Shown: positions 8,287 through 16,525 of the stretch, one piece after another | Position numbering within the stretch: the first letter of the stretch is position 1 | Layout: each line of letters begins with the position of its first letter | DNA from: Patescibacteria group bacterium | Lineage (GTDB): Bacteria; Patescibacteriota; Minisyncoccia; Phycocordibacterales; JAGLPS01 | Reading direction: 5' to 3' | Length of the DNA stretch: 46,932 bases | Assembly (NCBI GenBank): GCA_038057845.1 | Contig: JBBUCK010000031.1 | Coordinates: 12,669 to 59,600 of the forward strand | Notes under the pieces: generated by a model | Seen by the model: only the letters and a program-made list of their open reading frames with translations | Databases searched by the model: none | Told to the model about the DNA's origin: nothing | Program-made: the position numbers and the translations under genes

Positions 8287-11200
8287 ATGAAAAATATATA
8301 TTCAGAACTAAGAATATGGGCAACGCGAATCGGAATTTTTGTTGCTTTATTTTCATTTTCAGCAATTCCTGCTTTTGCGGGAAATAATCAAAACAATGAA
8401 GGTTCAATCACTGTTTGTAAGATGATTGTGGATAACAATGGAGCAATTGCGACAACATCAGCAAATCTTCCGGGAGGGGCGTTTTCGATTGTTATATCCG
8501 AAGGTGAAGGTATCATGGCAACGTCTTCGACTCCTATCCAAACTATAACCTTTAACGCATCTACTTTTTCTCCAAACAAAAAAATTATTCTCAATCAGAA
8601 AGATGCGGAGTGTGTGACAATAAACAATCTTTCTTCCACAGGTTCTTACTTCTACAGCGAAGAAGTTGCTACCGGAAGCAATTGGGCATCAAAAAAATAC
8701 AATGACCAAGTAAGTATTACCGTTGATTCCCTCGACGACTTTTTCGTGTACAGCCCCGAATTGTGGAATGCAAATCCAGCCGATGATCTTGCGCGAAATA
8801 TAAATGCAGACGGACACATTGTTCTTACTAACTCAAGGCACCATCGAACGGTTATTATTTTAAACACATACGAAGTTCCACAAACACAGCCACAAACAGT
8901 AAAAATTATGGCTTCAAAGGTTGTCTGTAACGCAGAAACCGATTTGCCAAACTGGAGTGGCGCGCAACTTGCCATCTCACTTTCTACCGCTTCTGATTTT
9001 GTCGCTTCCCATCCAAACTGTCATTTAGAATCAGGATGGAAATTCCAATGGGGTTTTGGAGATAAATCAGGACAAGACGGCGTGGACGGTCTCTCGGGTG
9101 CATTTAGAGGCGAAGCCGACGGAAGCGAAACAGGAAATACCGATACGGGAAGTGCGTTTGACGAATGGAAAACTTTTGGCGTTACAAACACTCTCGGTGT
9201 TGCATCAACTACAATTTCTGACTTAGAAGGTTCAACTCGTATTTGGGTTCGTGAAGTCTTAAAATCAGATTATATTCCTTTTACATACAGTTACGGCAAC
9301 GACGCTCCCGGAAGCAATGTAAGCGCGGAGATGTGGTGCCATAGTGATGTTCTCAATTATGATAACTTTGATTTTATTGATAATCCTGTCTTGGGAAATA
9401 CATACAATTGCGTGGCATTTAATGTCGCCAGTTCAACGCCGACGGTGCCTGCATGTTCCGACACTATCGACAATGATCATGACAGTAAAATTGATGCCCA
9501 AGACCCTGGTTGTCATACTGATGGTAATCCTAATAATCCGAACTCATACAATTCAAACGATAATGACGAAGAAAATTCCGTAAATGCCTGTTTCTCGAAT
9601 ATTCTTCCTCATGGTTCCGATGTCTCGGTAACGCTTGGGAACAGTTTCGGTAATGACGAACATGCAATTGACATCATCTTGCATGATGCTGGCTACTCAG
9701 TGAGTACAACAACTGACCAAGACCCTTACTCTACATGGGAACTAACAGGGGATAGAACATATAATCTTAACATCACTCTTCTCGCCAGTTACGCAAACTA
9801 TAAAAGTGTTTTTGGCTATTACGAAAAAGGTAATCCGGCCTCTTTCACGCCCTTGTTTCGTACCGGTAATTTTTCGGGAATGAGTGCAACGAATACCCCA
9901 ATTCTTGCTCCGGGCGCGACTACCACTGTTACCGTCACCTCCCCCGTTGAAATCGGATTTGCTATTGTGCCTTTTGGTGAAGGAGCACATGCCACTCTTC
10001 TCACTACGGAAAAATCACTCAATACCCTCGATGGTAATGCTGACCACGCTGTTGTCTTTGATCTCTCGGATGCTTATGCCATTGGCTTTGAGGATCTTCT
10101 TGCAACTGGAACCACAGACCAAGATTTTAACGACGTTGTTGTATTGGTAAAAGTTACTTCATGTGAAGAAAACACAGAACCTCAAAATACAAGACCTGTT
10201 ATCAGCCTTCTTGGTGGTAACCCCATTAACTTGACTCTTGGAGACAACTTCACTGATCCGGGTGCAACAGCTCAAGACGATGAAGACGGAAATATAACCG
10301 CCAACATTGTTGATGGAGGAGTAGTCAATACATCTATTGTAGGTGCATACACAGTTACTTATGATGTTACTGATTCAGGAGGCCTTTCTGCTCTACAGGT
10401 AACGCGTATTGTTAATGTAAATCTCCCTGCAAACCCTGGGACGCTCAATGTGTGTAAGGTGATTGTTGACCAGAACAACACTGTGGCAACGAGTTCAGCA
10501 AACCTTCTTTCGGGAACATTCAGTATTAAAATTGCGTCAACAACGAACTTCGCATCCTCAACAATACAAACTGTTTCTTGGGGTTCAACTACGTTCACCC
10601 CAAATAGAAATATTATTCTCAACAATGATGATGCAGAGTGTATAACAATCAGCAACCTTCCACTCCAAAGTTACTATTACAGCGAGGAAAATATTCTCGG
10701 GTCAAATGCGTGGGCGACAACTACGAAATACAACGACCAAAATTCCCTTTCGGTCAACAACGTCTTTGATTTCTTTGTGTATGACAATGCCCTCTTTACT
10801 GCGACAACAACTGACGATGCAGGACGCAATGTAAATGCGGACGGACAAGTTACTCTAGTTCTCGGCAATATGGAACGTACGCTCGTTGTGCTTAACAAAT
10901 ACGATACAACTATGCTTCCACAGTGTTCCGACAATATGGACAACGATGGCGACAATAAAATCGACACCCTTGACCCTGCATGTCATACAGACGGAAATGC
11001 TACAAGTACTCCTTCATACGACCCAAACTTAAATAATGAAAATAGCAAACCGGTTATTACTTTGATTGGTAGCAGCTCAATTACGATTAATGTCGGTACA
11101 ACATATACAGATGAAGGCGCGAATGCATTGGATGAAGAAGACGGTGACATCACAAGTAATATTGTGAAAACAGGAAGTGTTGATACAACAACTCCAAGTA

Positions 11201-12474
11201 CAAATACCATTGCGTATAATGTCACTGACTCAAATGGTCTCGCGGCTGTGGAAGTAACGAGAACCGTGATTGTCGTTAATCCTGGAGGACAGGGCGGTGG
11301 CGGAGGTGGTGGCGGAGGTGGTGGAGGTGGTGGCGGAGGTGGTGGAGGGGGAGGTGGAGGTGGCCCAACCACTCCTTTTATTCCTGTAATAGCCGCTTCA
11401 ACTAATGGGGAAACAACAGTTACAACAACAGGTGGAGGAAGTTGTTACTACCTCTTTGACTTCTTAAAACAAGGCGAAAATAATAATCCTGTTGAAGTGC
11501 GGAAACTTCAAGTATTTCTCAAGGAATTAGAAGGATTTAGCGCACTCCAAATTACAGGCATCTTCGATGATGCAACATTTGCTGCAGTCTCCGTTTTTCA
11601 AGAAAAATACAAAGATGAGATTTTGACTCCATGGGGCCACACGGCTTCAACTGGATATGTATATATCTTGACCAAAAAGAAAGTTAATGAAATCTACTGT
11701 AAGACTGCTTTTCCAGTAAATACTCTTGAGCAGGCTGAAATTGATGCATTCAGAGCATTTCTTACATCACTAAGGGAGGCTGGCGTCATTACAGGCAATG
11801 AAAACGGAACTCCTCCTTTTGGAAATATAATTCCAAGTGGGGTTGAGGGTGGTGTGATTGTTCCGGGTGAAGTTGGTGTAATTCCAAGCGATGTTAGTGG
11901 CACTCTTGAAAATAAAAATGGGGTATCTCCTGTAGGAAATGGATTCTTCGGACTTCGAAATCCCGGCTTTCTTTCAAACCTACTTGCCGCGGCATTCACT
12001 CTTCCTACAAATATTCCTAACGCTCTTATTTCTCTCTTCACATTTCTTCTTGCACTTGTCGTGATTTACATCGCAGGTACGCTCATCGCGAACAGCCAAA
12101 GCTCTCTCGGGAAAACACTTAATCAATTGAAAGCTCGCAAGGCAATGTACTTTGCAGTCGGTGTTCTCGCCGCGCTTTCCGGAGCTTACTTCCTTCGCGT
12201 GTATTCTATTATCCTTCCACTTTTTATCGCCTTCGTGACTTTAGTTATTTTGTGGTTTTGGTATAGAAGCAAAAAAATTACTTCTATAATGGCGATGGAG
12301 ACAATTGAAAAAATGAAGAAAGAAACAGCAGCCAAGATGACCGTTACTCCTTTGAACGAAGAAAGTAAAAGTACTCCAATCATTCTTCCAGGAAAAACAG
12401 AAAAGCCTACTCCTACCCAAGATAAAGGGTTCTCTTCTGTTTTTAAGTCGGACCAAGATAAGGACAAAAAATAG
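8287..12474 (+). CDS. giant (1395 aa) secreted, membrane-anchored mosaic surface protein
   Basis: Signal peptide ...AIPAFA/GN. Duplicated prealbumin/SpaA-like domain (GSITVCKMIVDNNG.. and GTLNVCKVIVDQNN..). Two Cys-bracketed acidic 20-mers. DUF4114-like segment (FGYYEKGNP...YAIGFEDL...TDQDFNDVVVLVKV). Two DUF5011/Ig-like segments (PVISLLGGNP.., PVITLIGSSS..). 24-Gly tract. PG_binding_1-like segment (VRKLQVFLKELEG...GIFDDATFAAVSVFQ). C-terminal TM helices and a K/E-rich tail. Confidence 0.9.
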   Translation: MKNIYSELRIWATRIGIFVALFSFSAIPAFAGNNQNNEGSITVCKMIVDNNGAIATTSANLPGGAFSIVISEGEGIMATSSTPIQTITFNASTFSPNKKIILNQKDAECVTINNLSSTGSYFYSEEVATGSNWASKKYNDQVSITVDSLDDFFVYSPELWNANPADDLARNINADGHIVLTNSRHHRTVIILNTYEVPQTQPQTVKIMASKVVCNAETDLPNWSGAQLAISLSTASDFVASHPNCHLESGWKFQWGFGDKSGQDGVDGLSGAFRGEADGSETGNTDTGSAFDEWKTFGVTNTLGVASTTISDLEGSTRIWVREVLKSDYIPFTYSYGNDAPGSNVSAEMWCHSDVLNYDNFDFIDNPVLGNTYNCVAFNVASSTPTVPACSDTIDNDHDSKIDAQDPGCHTDGNPNNPNSYNSNDNDEENSVNACFSNILPHGSDVSVTLGNSFGNDEHAIDIILHDAGYSVSTTTDQDPYSTWELTGDRTYNLNITLLASYANYKSVFGYYEKGNPASFTPLFRTGNFSGMSATNTPILAPGATTTVTVTSPVEIGFAIVPFGEGAHATLLTTEKSLNTLDGNADHAVVFDLSDAYAIGFEDLLATGTTDQDFNDVVVLVKVTSCEENTEPQNTRPVISLLGGNPINLTLGDNFTDPGATAQDDEDGNITANIVDGGVVNTSIVGAYTVTYDVTDSGGLSALQVTRIVNVNLPANPGTLNVCKVIVDQNNTVATSSANLLSGTFSIKIASTTNFASSTIQTVSWGSTTFTPNRNIILNNDDAECITISNLPLQSYYYSEENILGSNAWATTTKYNDQNSLSVNNVFDFFVYDNALFTATTTDDAGRNVNADGQVTLVLGNMERTLVVLNKYDTTMLPQCSDNMDNDGDNKIDTLDPACHTDGNATSTPSYDPNLNNENSKPVITLIGSSSITINVGTTYTDEGANALDEEDGDITSNIVKTGSVDTTTPSTNTIAYNVTDSNGLAAVEVTRTVIVVNPGGQGGGGGGGGGGGGGGGGGGGGGGGGPTTPFIPVIAASTNGETTVTTTGGGSCYYLFDFLKQGENNNPVEVRKLQVFLKELEGFSALQITGIFDDATFAAVSVFQEKYKDEILTPWGHTASTGYVYILTKKKVNEIYCKTAFPVNTLEQAEIDAFRAFLTSLREAGVITGNENGTPPFGNIIPSGVEGGVIVPGEVGVIPSDVSGTLENKNGVSPVGNGFFGLRNPGFLSNLLAAAFTLPTNIPNALISLFTFLLALVVIYIAGTLIANSQSSLGKTLNQLKARKAMYFAVGVLAALSGAYFLRVYSIILPLFIAFVTLVILWFWYRSKKITSIMAMETIEKMKKETAAKMTVTPLNEESKSTPIILPGKTEKPTPTQDKGFSSVFKSDQDKDKK
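11293..11364 (+). repeat. imperfect GGN microsatellite encoding 24 consecutive glycines
   Basis: 24 codons counted in frame: ggc ggt ggc gga ggt ggt ggc gga ggt ggt gga ggt ggt ggc gga ggt ggt gga ggg gga ggt gga ggt ggc. Confidence 0.95.
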
Positions 12475-12595
12475 AATCTAAAAACCCCGCCAATAAGGCT
12501 GAGGGCTTGTGTTTCATAATCTCCATGCTATTCTTCATTTTGAGGAGGTTCTTTAACACAATCAGACAAAACTATCATCCAAAAGGAGGTATAAG

Positions 12596-13294
12596 ATGTC
12601 ATATACGCGTCTTTTGAAGCATCAGGACATTTCCTCAAAAGTTAAATCCGACCCTCTCACAACGGCGCTTATTTTTTTAGGGATTCGGCCCTACACGCCT
12701 GAATCGGTGAAGGATTATCAAAGAAGGATTCTTGAAGTCTTCAGAGAATTAACGCAAGAGAAGCTTGAAGTTGAGTTGGAACGATTCACGTTTCTTAAGC
12801 GTATGCGCGGTGGAGTGTCAAACCCTCATTTCCACCTTCTATGCAAAATCGGGTTTGTGGCCCTCGCGTGCCGCTTGTTTTTTCCCACGGCATATGCCGC
12901 AGTGATGTTCGAGAATTTTCAATTTCTCTTCTATTTTTTTCTTCTTTTCTCTCTTGCGACGATTGTCACATGGGTCGGGATTTGCAAACTGTATTCTCTG
13001 CTCATGAGTTTGTCGGAGATTCAGTGCTGCAAAATCTTTTCTCTTCAAAACACATTGCAGGCGCTTTCTTGGCAACGCGCTCATTATGACCTCAACATGT
13101 TAAGCGCGCTCGGAATTGCCGTTCCGAAAAGTGTGGAGTTGCTGGCAAGAGAAATCAAAATACTTGCCCCTCGCACCCAGTGTTTTGTCGAGTATCTTGA
13201 TACAGACCCGTTTCTTTTCGCTTCTCTTGACGGCGTAGAATATTACGCCGCCGTATGGAATGAGCCGAGATACCGAGAAGAACGAATGCCCTAA
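12596..13294 (+). CDS. hypothetical membrane protein
   Basis: Strong SD (AAAGGAGGT) 6 nt before the ATG. Central hydrophobic helices. No family recognised. Confidence 0.65.
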   Translation: MSYTRLLKHQDISSKVKSDPLTTALIFLGIRPYTPESVKDYQRRILEVFRELTQEKLEVELERFTFLKRMRGGVSNPHFHLLCKIGFVALACRLFFPTAYAAVMFENFQFLFYFFLLFSLATIVTWVGICKLYSLLMSLSEIQCCKIFSLQNTLQALSWQRAHYDLNMLSALGIAVPKSVELLAREIKILAPRTQCFVEYLDTDPFLFASLDGVEYYAAVWNEPRYREERMP

Positions 13295-13321
13295 ATAAAC
13301 TCCCTGATTGTGTTAGTTTCT

Positions 13322-13357
13322 CCGCACGTTTCGGAATTTCCGAAACGTGCGGTTTTT
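13322..13357. terminator. bidirectional rho-independent terminator
   Basis: 13-bp perfect stem CCGCACGTTTCGG / CCGAAACGTGCGG with a 5-nt loop, followed by TTTTT. It lies between convergent genes. Confidence 0.8.
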
Positions 13358-13372
13358 ATTTGTTTAATGGAT

Positions 13373-14587
13373 TTATGAGAGTCTCAACTTCCCTTCCGCT
13401 TTAATAGAAATTTTCTTTTTAAGAATGTTAGGTTTGTTCTTTATTTTCATAAATCCCGCCATAGCAATCATCAAGGCATTGTCTGTCGTTACATGAGCTT
13501 GTGGAATGTGAAGTGAAATTTCCATTTCCTCCGCGAGGTGCGTGAACGCGCGGCGTAAAGCAGTGTTTGCAATAACGCCGCCGCCGACAATTAAACTTTT
13601 TGCCTTGTATGTTTCAATCGCTTTTCTTGTTTTTGAAACGAGAACCTCAATTATCGCTTCTTCAAATTCACGGGCAATGGTTTGTTTTGCTTCCGCGTTA
13701 ACCACCTTCATTTTTTTTAGGGTATAGAGAACTGCTGTTTTAAGTCCTGCAAAAGAAAAATCCAAGTTGCCAGAATGAATCATAGGGCGGGGAAGTTTGT
13801 ATACATTTGAAACCTCTATTGCGTTGCGATGGGCTTCCGAAAGTCCTGAAATGTGCGGCCCTCCGGGATAGGGAAGTTCAAGCATCCGCGCCACTTTATC
13901 AAACGCTTCGCCAACAGCGTCATCGCGAGTTTCTCCGACGATTTTGTATGAACCCCACTTTTTTACCAGCGCCAGTTCCGTATGTCCTCCCGAAACAAGA
14001 AGGGCTAAGGCAGGGAATTTAGGATAAACGCCCGCCTCGACTCGCTTCACTTGTTGATGCGAGGTCGGGACTTCCCCACCGTTTTTTTGGGAAAGAAGAA
14101 CGGAAACAATATGTCCTTCCATGTGGTTGATAGGAATGACAGGAATCCCCCACATTTCACCTAATGCTTTCGCGAAATTAATTCCAACCCAAAGCGCCGG
14201 CTCAAGTCCCGGACCGCTTGTGACCGCGATAGCATCAATTTTAGGTCGCGCGATAGTTGGTACGTATTTTAGAAAATGGAGAAGGAGTTCTGGTTCACGT
14301 TCAAGAATTTTCATAATCTTTGTTGCGACATTGGTTTTGAAATGTTTTTTTGCCGCCTTTTCTTCCCCTGCCTCTTTGAGAGTTTTTTTAAGGATTGGTA
14401 TGAGATTTTTTTGATGCTCACGTTTGGCGAGTTGTGGAAAGACCCCGCCGTATTGTTTGTGGATTTTTATCTGTGACAAAACAGAGTAGGATAGCACGTC
14501 AAAACGGGGCATATCTCCCGTCCCTGTGGCGTTTATGATGCTCAATGCCGTTTCATCGCAACTTGTTTCAATACCGAGTATTTTCAT
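13373..14587 (-). CDS. tsaD: tRNA N6-adenosine threonylcarbamoyltransferase TsaD (Kae1/Gcp family), with an internal insertion
   Basis: ILGIETSCDETA, GGVFPQLAKREH, VSGGHTEL, DDAVGEAFDKVARML and GGGVIANTALR. At 404 aa it is longer than usual. Confidence 0.92.
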   Translation of the reverse strand: MKILGIETSCDETALSIINATGTGDMPRFDVLSYSVLSQIKIHKQYGGVFPQLAKREHQKNLIPILKKTLKEAGEEKAAKKHFKTNVATKIMKILEREPELLLHFLKYVPTIARPKIDAIAVTSGPGLEPALWVGINFAKALGEMWGIPVIPINHMEGHIVSVLLSQKNGGEVPTSHQQVKRVEAGVYPKFPALALLVSGGHTELALVKKWGSYKIVGETRDDAVGEAFDKVARMLELPYPGGPHISGLSEAHRNAIEVSNVYKLPRPMIHSGNLDFSFAGLKTAVLYTLKKMKVVNAEAKQTIAREFEEAIIEVLVSKTRKAIETYKAKSLIVGGGVIANTALRRAFTHLAEEMEISLHIPQAHVTTDNALMIAMAGFMKIKNKPNILKKKISIKAEGKLRLS

Positions 14588-14671
14588 GATTTTCTATCTT
14601 AACAATTTTTAAGTAATTTTCCAGCTTCAAGATTACCAACAGGCTTAAGAATATGGATACAAATAAATCCT

Positions 14672-14709
14672 TGTAATCAATAATACACGACCGTGTATTA
14701 TTGATTACA
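14672..14709. promoter_or_regulatory. 38-bp perfect palindrome (operator candidate A) between the PaaX-like gene and tsaD
   Basis: TGTAATCAATAATACACG-AC-CGTGTATTATTGATTACA, about 85 bp upstream of the tsaD start. Confidence 0.5.
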
Positions 14710-14752
14710 TAGAAAATAAGATAGTATACAACACTAAAACAATAATATAGAA

Positions 14753-15325
14753 CTACAGACCAAAATCTTTTCTTAGCCAACCATCGTTTTCCAGACGTTC
14801 TGCAACAACATACAGTATATCCTTCCCAATTTTAAAATCTGCTTTAAGAAGTACCACGATATCTTCACAATCATAAGGATAAATCCACACACTATGCTGA
14901 AGATGTTTAAACCCGAAATCGATCAAAGATCTTCTTAATTTATCTCTTGTTCCTCTTCTGTGTTCTTTAATGTCAAAAATAAGCATTCTCCATTTTCCAT
15001 CCCAATACTGCGGTTTCTTCTGTTTTAAGATATTCGTTTCTAAATATATTTTTCCCTTATCAGTAAGTCGAACAAAAGTCCCTTTTTCTGTTTTTTCAAA
15101 ATAGACCATTTCTTGCCGTAACAGGCGATTGAGTGCTGTATTGACTGCGATATGTGTATTTCGGGATCTTTTTTTGAGAAAAGGCTTGAGAAGTTGGATG
15201 GCATTAGGTGCAACGAGCGCGATACTCAATACCCCGACCAATCCAATTGTCGACAGCACAGCATTTTTAATAAATGCTTTTTGTTCGTTTGTTTTTGTTT
15301 TTAATGGGTTTTGTAAGGAAGTCAC
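14753..15325 (-). CDS. membrane-anchored PaaX-like (winged-helix plus Cas2-like ferredoxin-fold) regulator
   Basis: N-terminal TM helix. wHTH-like NTALNRLLRQEMVYFEKTEKGTFVRLTDKG. WDGKWRMLIFDIKEHRRGTRDKLRRSLIDFGFKHLQHSVWIYP matches the PaaX central-domain pattern W.G.W.l..f.ipe..r..R..lr..L...GF..l...vW..P. Confidence 0.6.
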   Translation of the reverse strand: MTSLQNPLKTKTNEQKAFIKNAVLSTIGLVGVLSIALVAPNAIQLLKPFLKKRSRNTHIAVNTALNRLLRQEMVYFEKTEKGTFVRLTDKGKIYLETNILKQKKPQYWDGKWRMLIFDIKEHRRGTRDKLRRSLIDFGFKHLQHSVWIYPYDCEDIVVLLKADFKIGKDILYVVAERLENDGWLRKDFGL

Positions 15326-15326
15326 A

Positions 15327-15364
15327 TGTAATCAATTATACACGATCGTTTAAAATTGATTACA
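15327..15364. promoter_or_regulatory. 38-bp imperfect palindrome (operator candidate B) directly upstream of the PaaX-like gene
   Basis: TGTAATCAATTATACACGATCGTTTAAAATTGATTACA. It has the same length and outer arms as site A. Confidence 0.5.
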
Positions 15365-15577
15365 TTATATTATTAATGTTGGGGGTGTATAGCAATTATT
15401 AAAAGAATTCAGTCAAGAATTTTTATGCTGAAGCGTAGAAAAGTCCAAAAAGAAGGGATTGCTTTCCCCTCTTTTTATGTTAATTTGGGGAGTAAAGACT
15501 GTTCTTAAAAATAGAAAGGAGGGGTATGGCTATGGACCATATCAACTTGATGAATTATCTGCGAAGTATTAGTCACT

Positions 15578-15898
15578 ATGAGTGAGTCTCTTAGTCCAAA
15601 TAGAGATGCCTTTATACTGTTTGAGGCAATTCAACAAGCGTTTGATCAAAGCCATTTTATTCATAACCTTTCTGGGTGTGCGAGACTTCTTCTCACACGA
15701 AGTGCGAACGATAAGGCTGTTCCATGGGAGCATTATGATGATATTTTCGACAAAACCCTCGGGGGTTTCCATGACGCTTTAATCCTCGCAGTAAAGCAGG
15801 GAAAAGTTGAGTATATTCAAGAAAAAGAAGAATGTTTGCTTAATGACCTTCTTCTCCCTCCCACATTTGTTCAATGGGCGCGGACTGTGAAAGTCTAA
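15578..15898 (+). CDS. hypothetical protein (106 aa)
   Basis: ORF followed by a clean terminator. Its ATG overlaps the stop of a 19-codon upstream ORF (15526-15585) that carries the only strong SD (AAGGAGGGGT). Confidence 0.55.
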   Translation: MSESLSPNRDAFILFEAIQQAFDQSHFIHNLSGCARLLLTRSANDKAVPWEHYDDIFDKTLGGFHDALILAVKQGKVEYIQEKEECLLNDLLLPPTFVQWARTVKV

Positions 15899-15910
15899 GG
15901 AGTTTTCATA

Positions 15911-15944
15911 AAGGCGATGATATTAAATATCATCGCCTTTTTTG
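15911..15944 (+). terminator. rho-independent terminator
   Basis: AAGGCGATGATATT-AA-ATATCATCGCCTT followed by TTTTT. Confidence 0.8.
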
Positions 15945-16025
15945 TATTAGCAGGAAACCCCGCACGAGCAGGCCGTCGTTTGAATAGTATTAGGCCGTAG
16001 CGAGTGCGTGGGGGTCATTTTTTTT

Positions 16026-16073
16026 AAATTACAAGGTCGAACCTTAAATTACAAGGTCGAACCTTGTAATTTT
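16026..16073. repeat. tandem copies of the ACAAGGTCGAACCTTGT hairpin repeat
   Basis: AAATTACAAGGTCGAACCTT occurs twice in tandem (16026-16045 and 16046-16065). The second copy completes a hairpin with GTAATTT. The same element occurs three times at 33437-33540. Confidence 0.8.
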
Positions 16074-16302
16074 TCTACTTATTTTTAAAATATTTTACCA
16101 AAAAATCACTGGGGCACGGGAAATGTGTTTGTAAAGTAAACGACATTTTTGAAATTCAAGGAAAGTCCGAGAGGGAAACCTTATTTTTTCTCTATTTTCT
16201 CTCGGACAAAAAGACATTTTTGACATGAAAAGACAAACACTCTCAAATGATGACTTTAGTGTATTACCTAAACATATATTCTCTTGACAAACGATATTAT
16301 GG

Positions 16303-16475
16303 AGTACGTACGAGTCCGCAACCTGCCTGCTTCGAATTGCGAAGCAAGTCGGGCAGGTCTGCCGCCGCTTCTTCTTTCTCCGGTCGTTAAAGGAAGAGCA
16401 GGGGCGGGCTTAGGGCCGCACTTGATGGTAAAGAGGAAATATTCATCAAGCACCGTTCGGTGTTTCTTTTGTTTA
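16303..16475 (+). promoter_or_regulatory. GC-rich structured element (candidate leader or ncRNA) upstream of the fibre operon
   Basis: Sharp GC-rich island in an AT-rich spacer. Nested hairpin CCTGCC-TGCTTCG-AATTG-CGAAGCA-..-GGCAGG (16322-16357). CTTGATGG..ATCAAG hairpin (16421-16450). CACC-GTTC-GGTG plus TTTCTTTTGTTT (16451-16474), about 50 nt before the 16526 start. Confidence 0.3.
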
Positions 16476-16525
16476 TCACTTTATTAATTTATTAGCATTA
16501 TTAGCAAAAATATTAAAAATAAAAA

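Noticed and set aside
10983-11372. 129-aa minus-strand ORF beginning with a polyproline run
   Set aside because: It is the antisense reading of the GGN polyglycine tract and surrounding Thr/Val-rich coding sequence of the giant gene. It is an artefact of repeat symmetry.
14568-14780. 70-aa minus-strand ORF between tsaD and the PaaX-like gene
   Set aside because: It overlaps both neighbouring genes, and its centre is the 38-bp palindrome. The sequence is Ile/Tyr/Leu-rich AT-driven and most likely non-coding.
14753-15325. Annotation of the 190-aa protein as CRISPR-associated Cas2
   Set aside because: The ferredoxin-like W.G.W..L.FDI...R..R..L...GF..LQ.SVW segment is shared by Cas2 and PaaX-type regulators. 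The N-terminal TM helix and wHTH, the flanking operator-like palindromes and the absence of any CRISPR/cas context favour PaaX-like.
16268-16487. ORFs of 61 aa (minus) and 67 aa (plus) in the GC-rich island, and identification of the island as SRP RNA or a known riboswitch
   Set aside because: The ORF translations are Arg/Gly/Pro-rich, as is typical of GC-rich non-coding DNA. I looked for the SRP helix-8 GGAA / AGCA motif and for c-di-GMP, ydaO, TPP and fluoride signatures on both strands and found no convincing match, so no class is claimed.
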